A stretch of 58,071 nucleotides of DNA. Source: Eubacteriales bacterium. Lineage in GTDB: Bacteria > Bacillota > Clostridia > Oscillospirales > CAG-272. Positions 24,892 through 34,874 of the stretch are shown piece by piece; position 1 is the stretch's first letter; every line of letters begins with the position of its first letter. A program made the position numbers and the translations under genes. The stretch is from assembly GCA_045546375.1 (NCBI GenBank), contig JAZQCR010000031.1, positions 1-58,071 on the forward strand, given 5' to 3'. A model generated the notes under the pieces. It worked only from the letters and a program-made list of their open reading frames with translations, was not told the origin of the DNA and did no database searches.

Positions 24892-26640
24892 ATGACAGTA
24901 TTTGACGTGCTAACCATGGTAGGCGGTCTGTGCCTTTTCCTGTTCGGTATGAACCTGATGGGGGAGGCGCTGGAGCGCCGAGCGGGCAGTAAGCTGGAGC
25001 TTATGCTCAGTAAGCTCACAGGTAATCAGTTTTTCGGATTTTTGACCGGTCTTGCGGTGACCTCTGTTATTCAGAGCTCGTCCGCTACCACAGTAATGGT
25101 GGTCGGCTTCGTAAACTCGGGTCTGATGACCCTGAGGCAGGCTATCGGCGTTATTATGGGTGCCAATATCGGTACCACCGTTACCGCCTGGGTCCTCAGC
25201 CTTGCGGGTATTGAAGGCGGAGGCTTCCTCGACCTTCTGAAGCCCTCATCCTTCACACCTATCCTTGCCGTTATCGGTATAGTTATGTATATGGGTAAGA
25301 ATGCCAAGCGTAAGGATATAGGAGTTATCCTCTTGGGCTTTGCTACCCTTATGTTCGGTATGGACACCATGAGCGACGCCGTTTCGGGACTTAGTGAAGC
25401 GGCTTGGTTCAAGGATATGTTCATTATGTTCACCAATCCTGTCTTAGGCGTGCTGGCAGGCGCTATCCTTACTGCTATCATTCAGTCCAGCTCTGCTTCC
25501 GTGGGTATCCTGCAGGGTCTGGCGGCAGAGACGGGGGCTATCTCATACGGCGCGGTTATACCCATTATCATGGGTCAGAATATCGGTACCTGTATCACCG
25601 CTATTCTTTCCTCCTTCGGTACAAATAAGAATGCGAAGCGCGCCGCTACGGTGCATCTTTTCTTCAATATAATCGGCACCGTGGTATGGCTTTCCGTTTT
25701 CACCCTGGTGACCAACCTCGTTACCATCCCCGTGGTATCCGAGGCGGCAAATATGTCGGGTATCGCTACCTGCCACTCCATATTCAACCTTCTGTCTACC
25801 GCGTTGTTATTCCCTATGGCGGGACTGCTTGAGAAGCTTGCGTATAAGCTGGTTCCCGATACCAAGTCTCCTGATACGGTAGCCGAGCTTGACGAGCGTC
25901 TGCTGGCGACCCCTGCCGTAGCACTTGAGAGATGCCGTATGCTGTCCCTCGATATGGCAAACCAGTCTGTCTTGGCTATGAAGGACGCGCTCTCCTGCTT
26001 TGATAACTATTCTGACGAACTTGCTGAGGCTATCCGTGAGCGTGAGGACAAGGCCGACCACTATGAGGACGTTATCGGATCTTATCTCGTTAAGCTTTCC
26101 GCACAGCGTATCAGTGAAGAGGCAAGCTCTGATGCCGCTAAGTATCTTAAGATAATCGGTGATTTCGAGCGTATCTCCGACCACGCGGTCAATGTGCTCA
26201 AGAGCGCGGAGGAGCTGCGTGAAAAGGGCCTTTCCTTCTCGGGGGATGCAGAGAGCGAGATAAAGAATATGGCCGAGGCGATCGAGGAGATCCTTGACCT
26301 CTCTCTGCTCGCCTTCAAGTATGACGACCTGGCTATCGCAGAGAAGGTGGAGCCCTTAGAGCAGGTGATCGACCGTATGAAGCGCCGTATGCGCTCGGGT
26401 CACATCAAGCGTCTGCAGCTTGGTAACTGCAGTATCGACGTGGGATTTGTCTGGAACGATCTCTTAACTAACCTTGAGCGTGTTTCAGACCATTGCTCCA
26501 ATATAGCGGGTCACGTCATAGACGCGAAAGACAATACCATGAATATTCACGAGGCTCTGCGCGCCGCAAAGTCGGACAGCCCTTTCTTCAAGGAGCAGTA
26601 TGAGCAGTACGCCGAGAAGTATCTTATCCCCAAGGCATAA
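24892..26640 (+). CDS. Na/Pi cotransporter family protein with PhoU-like C-terminus
   Basis: Two QSSS motifs, GANIGTT/GQNIGT, DFERISDHA, NLERVSDHC. Confidence 0.9.
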   Translation: MTVFDVLTMVGGLCLFLFGMNLMGEALERRAGSKLELMLSKLTGNQFFGFLTGLAVTSVIQSSSATTVMVVGFVNSGLMTLRQAIGVIMGANIGTTVTAWVLSLAGIEGGGFLDLLKPSSFTPILAVIGIVMYMGKNAKRKDIGVILLGFATLMFGMDTMSDAVSGLSEAAWFKDMFIMFTNPVLGVLAGAILTAIIQSSSASVGILQGLAAETGAISYGAVIPIIMGQNIGTCITAILSSFGTNKNAKRAATVHLFFNIIGTVVWLSVFTLVTNLVTIPVVSEAANMSGIATCHSIFNLLSTALLFPMAGLLEKLAYKLVPDTKSPDTVAELDERLLATPAVALERCRMLSLDMANQSVLAMKDALSCFDNYSDELAEAIREREDKADHYEDVIGSYLVKLSAQRISEEASSDAAKYLKIIGDFERISDHAVNVLKSAEELREKGLSFSGDAESEIKNMAEAIEEILDLSLLAFKYDDLAIAEKVEPLEQVIDRMKRRMRSGHIKRLQLGNCSIDVGFVWNDLLTNLERVSDHCSNIAGHVIDAKDNTMNIHEALRAAKSDSPFFKEQYEQYAEKYLIPKA

Positions 26641-26679
26641 CAAAAAGGCTCTTACGAGCCTTTTGTTTTTTGCTTATAT

Positions 26680-26874
26680 TCAGCAGTCGTTGCCGCGGCA
26701 GAAAAGCAGGATGAAAAGGATGATGATCGCGATGATAAGCAGGGTGTTGTCAGAGAAGCAGTTAAAGATACCGCAAGTGCCGCAGCCGTTACCGGTGGTA
26801 TTGTAGCAGCCGTTGTTTCTATCGGTCACGTTGTAGCCGCCGCAACCGCAGTTGTTCTGTTCGTATTCACACAT
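26680..26874 (-). CDS. Small Cys/Gly/Asn-rich protein with C-terminal hydrophobic helix (spore-associated candidate)
   Basis: RBS ggagg; CGCGG..GCGTCG then IIAIIILFILLFC; upstream CATATACT resembling a mother-cell sigma -10. Confidence 0.6.
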   Translation of the reverse strand: MCEYEQNNCGCGGYNVTDRNNGCYNTTGNGCGTCGIFNCFSDNTLLIIAIIILFILLFCRGNDC

Positions 26875-26990
26875 TTTAGTTTCCTCCGTTAAGTTGGCGA
26901 ATTTCCTTCGCCTATAACAGTATATGGAAAGGACGGCTGAATGTTAATATAAACGGATGGCAATAATCGTGGGTGAAAGGAGTTGTTACC

Positions 26991-27584
26991 ATGGATTTTA
27001 AATCAAGTAAAACAAGAGAAAACCTAATGCGCGCCTTCGCAGGGGAGAGCCAGGCGAGAAACCGCTATACCTTCGCCGCAGAGCAGGCAAAGAATGCTAA
27101 ATTACCCGTAATAGAGGCGGTATTTACCTTTACCGCAAACCAGGAGCTCGCACACGCCAAGATCTTTTACGACCATCTTTCAACCCTGGCGGGTGAGAAG
27201 ATAACCATCGACGGTTCATATCCCATAGACATTACCGATTCGATCTCAGAGCTTCTGCGAAAGGCGCAGAATAACGAGTTTGAGGAGCACGACCCCGTGT
27301 ATAAGGAGTTTGCAAGAGTGGCGAAGGAGGAGGGATTTACCGCTGTTGCCGCAAGCTTCGCTGCTATCGCCGAGATAGAAAAGACCCACGGAGAGCGTTT
27401 CGCTCACTTAGCGGAGCTTTTAGAGAGCGATAAGCTCTTCCTCTCGGACGCGGAGTGCGACTGGGTATGCCTAAACTGCGGTCATATCATTAATTCAAAG
27501 AGTGCGCCGCCCTCCTGTCCCGTTTGCCATCACGAGCAGGGCTACTTCGTGCGGCTGACCTTTGCCCCCTACGTGGGAAAATGA
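26991..27584 (+). CDS. rbr: Rubrerythrin
   Basis: NLMRAFAGESQARNRY, ExxH motifs, C-terminal CLNCG...CPVCHH. Confidence 0.9.
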   Translation: MDFKSSKTRENLMRAFAGESQARNRYTFAAEQAKNAKLPVIEAVFTFTANQELAHAKIFYDHLSTLAGEKITIDGSYPIDITDSISELLRKAQNNEFEEHDPVYKEFARVAKEEGFTAVAASFAAIAEIEKTHGERFAHLAELLESDKLFLSDAECDWVCLNCGHIINSKSAPPSCPVCHHEQGYFVRLTFAPYVGK

Positions 27585-27720
27585 TGAATTGAATGGTGAG
27601 TGCGCATGAATTGCGCTGACGCGCATTAAGGGCTAATGCCCTTACAAGAAAAATCAGGATAACAATACAACTGTCCGCAGACCCAAAAATAAAAACCCCT
27701 GTATAGGAGTTTTGGGAAGG

Positions 27721-27754
27721 TGCAGGAAACCTTTTTGCAAAAAGGTTTCCTGCA
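27721..27754. repeat. Perfect 34-bp palindrome (REP-like or bidirectional terminator)
   Basis: tgcaggaaacctttttgcaaaaaggtttcctgca between convergent genes. Confidence 0.75.
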
Positions 27755-27762
27755 TTATTATT

Positions 27763-28992
27763 TTACTTCTTCGCATTTGACAGCATCAGCTTGATGCGGT
27801 TTTCCTGGTTGATGCGGGTAGCGCCCGGGTCGTAGTCGATGGCGACTATATTCACGTCGGGGTGATCTTCCTTTATGGGTTTCATCACGCCCTTACCTGC
27901 GATGTGGTTCGGCAAGCACCCGAAGGGCTGTGTGCAGACGATGTTCTTGACACCCTGCTCACATAGCTCCAGCATCTCGCAGGTGAGCAGCCACCCTTCG
28001 CCCATTTTGGTGCCCAGCCCCACGTATTTTTCGCTTAGGGTCAGAGTGTGGTCAAAGGGGGTGGGCGGATCGAAGGAACCTTCCTCCTTTACGGCATCGA
28101 TGATGTCTCTCTGCTTTTTCAGAAGGAAGCTCATGATATACTTTGAACCAAGGCCCTTTACCTTGTTGACACCGTAGAGCTTGGTGTCCATAATGCCGTT
28201 ATAAACGCAGTACATACAGAAGTCGGCAAGGCCCGGGCAGACCACCTCTGCGCCCTCGCTTATAAGGAATTCCTCTAGGTCGTTGTTTCCGAGAGGTGAG
28301 TATTTTACAAATATCTCGCCAACTATGCCTACCCGTATCTTGCGTTCGCCTTCCCGCTTTATAGCGGCAAAGTCAGCGATAATGGCACGGTAATTCTCCT
28401 TTACCCTTTGGTAGTTTATACGCTTGCCGTCCATCTCGTCGGTGAGGAACTTCACCCACTTGTCGCATAGGGCGTCGGATTCACCCTTGTTTACCTCGTA
28501 GGGCTTCGTCTGATTGCGCAACAGCATCAAAAGGTCTCCGTAAAGGACGGCGTATACCAGACGGTGCAAAATCGGTAAAGTTATCTTAAAGGCAGAGTCC
28601 TTTTCCATTCCGGCCACGTTAAATGAGACTACGGGAATGTTATATCCGGCTTTTTTTACCGCCTTGCGTAAAAGATGTATGTAGTTGGAGGCTCGACAGC
28701 CGCCGCCCGTCTGGGTTATCAGGAGTGCCGTTTTATCGGGGTCGTATCCGCCGTTTTCCACGGCGTCAAGGAGCTGACCTATGACCAGCAGTGCAGGGTA
28801 GCAGGTGTCGTTATGGACGTATTTTTGGCCCATTTCCACCACGCGCCTTCCCGAGTTATAAAGGAGCTTGACCTTGTAGCCAAAGGAGGCGAATATCCTC
28901 TCAAAGAGCTTCTGATGCATAGGGAGCATTTGCGGCATGAGGATGGTGTGTGTCTTCTTCATTTCTTCTGTGAAGATGGGATATTCACTCAT
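27763..28992 (-). CDS. 2-hydroxyacyl-CoA dehydratase-like protein
   Basis: HNDTCYPA, TGGGCRASNY, GEGWLL, QPFGCLPNH; start ATG 28992 coupled to the upstream gene. Confidence 0.8.
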   Translation of the reverse strand: MSEYPIFTEEMKKTHTILMPQMLPMHQKLFERIFASFGYKVKLLYNSGRRVVEMGQKYVHNDTCYPALLVIGQLLDAVENGGYDPDKTALLITQTGGGCRASNYIHLLRKAVKKAGYNIPVVSFNVAGMEKDSAFKITLPILHRLVYAVLYGDLLMLLRNQTKPYEVNKGESDALCDKWVKFLTDEMDGKRINYQRVKENYRAIIADFAAIKREGERKIRVGIVGEIFVKYSPLGNNDLEEFLISEGAEVVCPGLADFCMYCVYNGIMDTKLYGVNKVKGLGSKYIMSFLLKKQRDIIDAVKEEGSFDPPTPFDHTLTLSEKYVGLGTKMGEGWLLTCEMLELCEQGVKNIVCTQPFGCLPNHIAGKGVMKPIKEDHPDVNIVAIDYDPGATRINQENRIKLMLSNAKK

Positions 28993-31931
28993 TTCTCTAA
29001 TGCTCCTATCAGCGAGCGCAGGCGTATCTTCACCGCGCCCAGGTTGGTTATCTCGTCTATTTTTATCTGGGTATACAGCTTGCCCTTTTCCTCTAAAATA
29101 GAGCGTACCTCGTCGGTGGTGACGGCGTCTATACCGCACCCGAAGGAGACGAGTTGCACGAGCTGTACGTCCTTGTTCTCTCTTGCAAAGTGAGCCGCGC
29201 GGTAGAGGCGCGAATGATAAGTCCATTGGTCGAGCACGTTTACCTTCACGGGCTCGTGCAGATGGAATACGCTGTCCTCGCTGACAGGGACGAAGCCAAG
29301 GGAGATAGCCAGCTTGTCTATGCCGTGGCTGATCTCCGCGTCGGTATGGTATGGTCTGCCCGCCAGGATCATTATCTGCCTGCCTTGCTCGCGCGCCCAT
29401 TCTATGGCGCGCTCGCCCTCACGTTTAATGGCGGCAAGGTAGTCGTTCAGAGCCTTGAAGCCTGCATTGACTGCCGCGCGAACTTCTTTTTTGCCGAATT
29501 TGCCGAAGGCGCGGGAGAGCTCTGTGTAAAGCTCCTTTGCCAGCTCCTTTTCGTTGTTGACGTTAAGGTATGGGTAGAGGAATTTCGTCTTTTTTAGGTC
29601 CTCCATGTTGCCCGAGAGCAGCTCGGAGTAGTAGGCTACCACAGGGCAGTTGTAGTGGTTCTTGCCCCCGTGCTCGTTTACGTTATAAGAAAGACGTGGA
29701 TAGAATATGGCATCGGGCTCGCTCTCAAGGAGCTCTATCATATGTCCGTGCATAAGCTTTGCAGGGTAGCAAACGGTGTCCGAGGGGATAGAGAACTGTC
29801 CCTTCTGATAGAGAGCCTTGTTAGACTGCCCGGTCAGCATTACGTCAAAGCCGAGGTGGGTGAATATGCCGTGCCATAGGGGAGCGAGCTCGTACATACC
29901 GAGGGCGAGGGGCAGACCTATCCTGCCTCGCTTGCCTTCGCTTCTCGGCAGACGGGAGAGGTAATTTCTCTTAAATTCGTAGAGGTTGGGTACATCCTCC
30001 GACGCCTTGATACCAAGGCCCTTGTCGCATTGATTTCCGGAGATAAAGCGCTTGCCTCCCGGAAAGATATTTACTGTCAGATGGCAGTTGTTGGTACAGC
30101 CCTTGCATACGGTGGACTTTGAATCGTGAGAAAAGGTCGCAAGTCCCTCGAGGGTGATGATGCCCGAGTGCTCGGTGCGGTTATTGCGTGCGTAAAGCGC
30201 GGCACCGTAAGCACCCATAAGTCCTGCGATAGCGGGACGTGTTACGTTCCTTCCTATCTCAAGCTCAAATGCGCGCAGTACCGCATCGTTATGGAAGGTG
30301 CCGCCCTGAACTACGATATTTTCGCCGAGCTCTTCTGCGCTGGTGGCGCGTATTACCTTGTAGATAGCGTTTTTAACTACGCTTATGGAAAGTCCCGCTG
30401 AAATGTCGGAAACGTCCGCTCCGTCCTTCTGCGCCTGCTTTACCGAGGAATTCATAAAGACGGTACAGCGGCTTCCCAAATCCACGGGGGCTCTGCCGCG
30501 AAGACCTATACGGGCAAATTCACTTATCTCATAGCCCATACTGCGGGCGAAGGTCTCGATAAATGAGCCGCACCCCGAGGAGCACGCCTCGTTTAAAAGG
30601 ATATTGTCGATAGCGCGGTTCTTTACTTTAAAGCATTTAATATCCTGACCGCCGATGTCAAGGATAAAGTCAACGTCGGGGTTGAAGTGCGCGGCGGCGG
30701 TGAAGTGAGCGATGGTCTCAACGATTCCGTGGTCAATACCGAAGGCGTGCTTGATAAGCTCCTCGCCGTAGCCTGTCACCGCGCTTCCTCGGATAACGGT
30801 ATCCTCGCCGCAGAGTGAGTAGATACGCTCCAGCTGTTCCTTCACTATGGCGGTGGGATTTCCTCTGTTAGAGTTATAGTATGTATAGAGTAGCCTGCCG
30901 TCTGAGGCCATCAGCACCAATTTAGTGGTGGTAGAGCCGCAGTCGATACCGAGGTATGCATCCCCCTTGTATTTGCCGATGTCAGCCTTTTCGGTGGATG
31001 CCCTGGCGTGGCGCTCCTTGAAGGCGTCGTAGTCCTCACGGCTCTCAAAAAGAGGGGGTAGCCTGCCCGTGTCGGTGCTTTCGTTTACGGCATCCTTCAG
31101 CGCCTTCATAAGGCTCTCGAAGGTGTGCTCGGTGCCGTTTTCGGCGGCGTAGATCGCCGCGCCCATAGCGACGCAAACTCTGCCGTATTCAGGGAATACC
31201 GCCTCATCTGCCGATAGTCCCAAAGTCTCTGTGAAGCGCTCTCGCAGTCCCTTACAGTAGTAGAGAGGACCGCCGAGAAAGAGTACCTTACCCTCTATCT
31301 TACGCCCTTGCGCAAGGCCTGCGATAGTCTGGTTTACCACCGCCTGGTATATGCTGGCGGCAACGTCCTCTTTTTTTGCCCCTTGGTTTAAGAGGGGCTG
31401 TATATCAGTCTTTGCAAAGACTCCGCATCTGGACGCGATTGGGTATATTCGCGTGTGGGATAGAGAGAGGGCGTCCAGTTCGTCTACGGTAAGGTCAAGC
31501 AGGGTCGCCATCTGATCGATGAATGCGCCTGTGCCACCTGCGCAGGTGCCGTTCATTCGCTCGTCGATGCCGCCCTTAAAGAAAAGGATCTTTGCGTCCT
31601 CTCCGCCCAGCTCTATAACAGCAGAGGTGTCGGGCTCAAGTGACTTTACTACTTCTCCCGTTGCAAAGACCTCCTGCACGAAGGAAAGCCCCGCCGCCTT
31701 TGCCATACCGAGACCTGCGCTTCCGCTGACAGCTACGGTAAAGGTCTTGCCGCACAGCAGTTCTGCCATCTCGGCTATCATCTCTTCGGTTTTTTTGCGC
31801 ACGAAAGAGAAGTGGCGTTCGTACTTCTCGTACACCACTTCTCCGTTTTCGATAAACGCCACCTTCGCCGTCGTGCTTCCAATGTCGATGCCCAAAGAGG
31901 GCAGTTTGCTGTCAAGCTCGATCTTTGCCAT
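28989..31931 (-). CDS. Acyl-CoA dehydratase activase (two BadF/BadG/BcrA/BcrD ATPase domains + DUF2229)
   Basis: GIDIGSTT and GIDCGSTT, GGEDAK/GGQDIK, CAGGTG, CSSGCG, CYPAKL. Confidence 0.88.
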   Translation of the reverse strand: MAKIELDSKLPSLGIDIGSTTAKVAFIENGEVVYEKYERHFSFVRKKTEEMIAEMAELLCGKTFTVAVSGSAGLGMAKAAGLSFVQEVFATGEVVKSLEPDTSAVIELGGEDAKILFFKGGIDERMNGTCAGGTGAFIDQMATLLDLTVDELDALSLSHTRIYPIASRCGVFAKTDIQPLLNQGAKKEDVAASIYQAVVNQTIAGLAQGRKIEGKVLFLGGPLYYCKGLRERFTETLGLSADEAVFPEYGRVCVAMGAAIYAAENGTEHTFESLMKALKDAVNESTDTGRLPPLFESREDYDAFKERHARASTEKADIGKYKGDAYLGIDCGSTTTKLVLMASDGRLLYTYYNSNRGNPTAIVKEQLERIYSLCGEDTVIRGSAVTGYGEELIKHAFGIDHGIVETIAHFTAAAHFNPDVDFILDIGGQDIKCFKVKNRAIDNILLNEACSSGCGSFIETFARSMGYEISEFARIGLRGRAPVDLGSRCTVFMNSSVKQAQKDGADVSDISAGLSISVVKNAIYKVIRATSAEELGENIVVQGGTFHNDAVLRAFELEIGRNVTRPAIAGLMGAYGAALYARNNRTEHSGIITLEGLATFSHDSKSTVCKGCTNNCHLTVNIFPGGKRFISGNQCDKGLGIKASEDVPNLYEFKRNYLSRLPRSEGKRGRIGLPLALGMYELAPLWHGIFTHLGFDVMLTGQSNKALYQKGQFSIPSDTVCYPAKLMHGHMIELLESEPDAIFYPRLSYNVNEHGGKNHYNCPVVAYYSELLSGNMEDLKKTKFLYPYLNVNNEKELAKELYTELSRAFGKFGKKEVRAAVNAGFKALNDYLAAIKREGERAIEWAREQGRQIMILAGRPYHTDAEISHGIDKLAISLGFVPVSEDSVFHLHEPVKVNVLDQWTYHSRLYRAAHFARENKDVQLVQLVSFGCGIDAVTTDEVRSILEEKGKLYTQIKIDEITNLGAVKIRLRSLIGALEK

Positions 31932-31947
31932 AGTGCTTCCTTTTGCT

Positions 31948-32886
31948 TTAGAAAAACGTTGCTACAGTATTCTCGGGGGCCACGGTTGGCTCACATTCAA
32001 GGGCTGTGAGCACGGGGCCGGGCCTGCCGTAAGCGGCATGAAATTCTATATCTATCCGTGCATGGAGCTTTGCCCAGGCACCGTTGGGGGGAACCTCCCC
32101 CTCAAAGCGGCATACCAGACCCGAGAAGGTTATGTCGTCCACACAGCAGGTCATTATCTGCCTGCCTGCGGCGCGCTCGCCCTCACCCAAGCTCTTTTCC
32201 TCCAGAATAAGAGCTGTGAAGGACACCTCACGGCCGTCATAGTGGGTCATATCCTCACTTAAGTCGCGATACCACAGAGCATAGTCCGCATCCGCCACCT
32301 CGAAGTGCTCTGCATCACGGTCAAAGGGCAGGGGATCTTCGATGTCGTCCTGGATAGCCTCGCCGTTAGGATACTCGTAGACTATCTGCGCTCCGCGGCT
32401 GCTGCCGCGAACTACCTTGTGGAAGTCCATCTTGTCGTATTTATCAAGATATCTGTTGAATACTACCAGGTCGGCAGTATTAAACTTGTCCACCACCAGG
32501 GAACGCATATTTTTATTGTACGTATCAAAGGTGGTGCAGTCTACGAAGCACATCTCCTGATAGAGCACCCAGTCCTCGGGCATAGCGTAAAAAAGATTTA
32601 CCGACTGCCACATACCGTTGTACTCGACCAGTACTCTCTTTGCCTTGTGCTTTTTCTGCAGGGAAGAGAGCTTTTCTACAGTCAGCTCGCTCTCGTCCTC
32701 GATGTATTCGATATGTACGCCTTTTGCAGGGTACTTGCTCTCGCAGTATTCCTCTACGCCTTCTTCGCACACCAACACTAAGGTGGAGGTGCCGTCGGTA
32801 AAGCGAGGATCCTCGAGAGTTTCTTGTATAAACTTGGTTTTGCCTGACTCTAAGAAGCCGGTGAAAAGATATACGGGTGTTTCCAT
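31948..32886 (-). CDS. CobW-like GTPase partner with C-terminal TCCxxD domain
   Basis: GFLESGKT, CEEG, VEYNG, MTCCVDD. Confidence 0.75.
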   Translation of the reverse strand: METPVYLFTGFLESGKTKFIQETLEDPRFTDGTSTLVLVCEEGVEEYCESKYPAKGVHIEYIEDESELTVEKLSSLQKKHKAKRVLVEYNGMWQSVNLFYAMPEDWVLYQEMCFVDCTTFDTYNKNMRSLVVDKFNTADLVVFNRYLDKYDKMDFHKVVRGSSRGAQIVYEYPNGEAIQDDIEDPLPFDRDAEHFEVADADYALWYRDLSEDMTHYDGREVSFTALILEEKSLGEGERAAGRQIMTCCVDDITFSGLVCRFEGEVPPNGAWAKLHARIDIEFHAAYGRPGPVLTALECEPTVAPENTVATFF

Positions 32887-32890
32887 GGTT

Positions 32891-33991
32891 TTAACCTACG
32901 AAAAGAGTCTTGAGTGCTTCTTCGTTAAGTCCGCTGCCTATAACGCAGAGGCGACCGGTAACTGCGGCGCCACCCTTACGCACGTCCGCCTCACCGGGTA
33001 CGTAATCGAAGTGTATCCAACCGCCGTCGGTGCAGGGCACGATACCCTTGGCACGTAAGACTATGCCGTAGACGGTCTCGTCCTCAAGGGCCTCAAGTAT
33101 GCTTGCGATCTCCTCTTCGGAGTATGCACGGGCACCTTCGGTACCCCAACTGCCGAAGACCTCGTCAGCGTGGTGGTGATGATGGTCGTGGCCGCATCCG
33201 CAGGAGCATTCCTCACCGTGCTCATGGTGGTGATGATGCTCATGGTCATGATGATGATCGTGGTCATGATGATGCTCGTGCTCGCATCCGCAGTCGCACT
33301 CCTCATCGTGATGGTGATGATGGTGGTCGTGATGATGACCGCACTCGGGACAGATGTCCGCGTCCTCAAGCAGCTCTGCCAGCTCGTGAGCAAGAGAAGC
33401 CTCGCCCTCAATGGCGGTAAGTAGCTGCTCGCCTGTCAGCTCATCCCAGTCGGTGGTGACTATGGTAGCCGCCTCGTTTAACTCACGTAGTGAGTGCACG
33501 CAGGCGTTTATCTTTTCTTCACTGAGGCCGCCCACGTGGCTGAGCACTACGGTCTTTGCATACTGCACCTGATTTGCGAAGAACTCGCCGAAGTTCTTTA
33601 GGTACATCTTGCACTTCTTGGCATCAACCACTGCGGTTATACCGCCCAGGGTAACGTCAGTAAGGCCCGCATCGGTCACCGCGCGGATAACGTCCGAGAG
33701 TTTACCTACGCCCGAGGGCTCGATAAGCACGCGGTCGGGGGTGTACTCGGCGATGACCTTCTTAAGTGCCTCGCTGAAGTCGCCTACCAGAGAGCAGCAG
33801 ATGCATCCCGAGTTCATTTCGGTGATATTCACGCCTGCCTCGGCTAAAAAGCCGCCGTCAACGCCGATCTCACCGAACTCGTTCTCTATAAGCACCAGCT
33901 TCTCACCCTTGTAGGCTTCGCTTATGAGCTTTTTGATAAGCGTTGTCTTTCCCGCTCCTAAAAAGCCGGAGAAAATATCGATCTTTGTCAT
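32891..33991 (-). CDS. CobW/COG0523 family metallochaperone GTPase with His/Cys-rich insert
   Basis: GFLGAGKTT, ENEFG, GCICC, IEPSG; long poly-His tract; RAKG. Confidence 0.9.
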   Translation of the reverse strand: MTKIDIFSGFLGAGKTTLIKKLISEAYKGEKLVLIENEFGEIGVDGGFLAEAGVNITEMNSGCICCSLVGDFSEALKKVIAEYTPDRVLIEPSGVGKLSDVIRAVTDAGLTDVTLGGITAVVDAKKCKMYLKNFGEFFANQVQYAKTVVLSHVGGLSEEKINACVHSLRELNEAATIVTTDWDELTGEQLLTAIEGEASLAHELAELLEDADICPECGHHHDHHHHHHDEECDCGCEHEHHHDHDHHHDHEHHHHHEHGEECSCGCGHDHHHHHADEVFGSWGTEGARAYSEEEIASILEALEDETVYGIVLRAKGIVPCTDGGWIHFDYVPGEADVRKGGAAVTGRLCVIGSGLNEEALKTLFVG

Positions 33992-34071
33992 AATGATTCT
34001 TCCTATTTATAATATATTTTTTCAATATATTATGATAGCACTTTTAGGTGGAAAAGTCAACTTTCCGGAGA

Positions 34072-34698
34072 TTACATAATTGTTAAAAAATGTAGAATGG
34101 CAACAGCCATACCGTATCCAATGAAGCAAACTCCGCTACCTAAGAGAAATTCCTTCAGGGTATGGCGCTTTATGCCCACCGAGCTTGCTAAGATAAGCAG
34201 GTAAGCGATAAGGCAAACGGGTATAAGTGCCTTTGCGGCGTAGAGAAGGGGGAAGATGAGGGCTCCCGTGATGCCCGCCGCGTGACCGCTGGCGTGCAGG
34301 GGAGTCACTTTGTTTATTAGGGTCAGAATTAGGCAGGAGATAAGGTAGGAGAGGAAGATCTCGCGAGTGATGGCGTGGCACTCGGCAAGGAAGGCACACA
34401 GAGAGCCTATAGCGTAGCCAAGTCCTGTGAAAACGAAGGCTAACTTCCGCTGTCCCTCGCGACCTTTACCCTTGAAGCCCGGGATGAAGGGCTGCAGAGG
34501 ATAGGCGAGGGCGGGGACTATCGAAAGGAAGCCTATTAATATAGCAAGGTCATGGGCGGGAAGGCCCACGCCGAGGAAAACGGATACCGACATGAAGAGC
34601 GCCAGCACGGGCGGGATACTGATGATACGCACTACCAGCGCGATGGCTGAGAGTATGGTGTTTATGGGGGTTCTGTCTGCCTTTACGGTTTTGGTCAT
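34072..34698 (-). CDS. PAP2-like membrane protein
   Basis: RBS aaggag; TM helices; ASGHAAG and KRHT motifs. Confidence 0.55.
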   Translation of the reverse strand: MTKTVKADRTPINTILSAIALVVRIISIPPVLALFMSVSVFLGVGLPAHDLAILIGFLSIVPALAYPLQPFIPGFKGKGREGQRKLAFVFTGLGYAIGSLCAFLAECHAITREIFLSYLISCLILTLINKVTPLHASGHAAGITGALIFPLLYAAKALIPVCLIAYLLILASSVGIKRHTLKEFLLGSGVCFIGYGMAVAILHFLTIM

Positions 34699-34835
34699 GG
34701 TATGCTCCTTTAATAACGTGTGGGCGGAGGGGCGTGCCCTTTCCGTCCCTGCCATTATATGTTATGCCCTGAAAAAAGGCAACCTACTCATACTCCCGTG
34801 GACTCTACCCGTAAAAAATAGACTCTACTCACAGT

Positions 34836-34874
34836 AGAAAACCCATTGAAACCAGGGGTTTCAATGGGTTTTCT
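34836..34874 (-). terminator. Intrinsic terminator
   Basis: agaaaacccattgaaacc...ggtttcaatgggttttct long hairpin after the DUF4091 stop. Confidence 0.75.

Noticed and set aside
28993-29400. N-terminal extension of the 545-aa ORF
   Set aside because: Alternative-frame overlap with the activase gene; the real start is ATG 28992.
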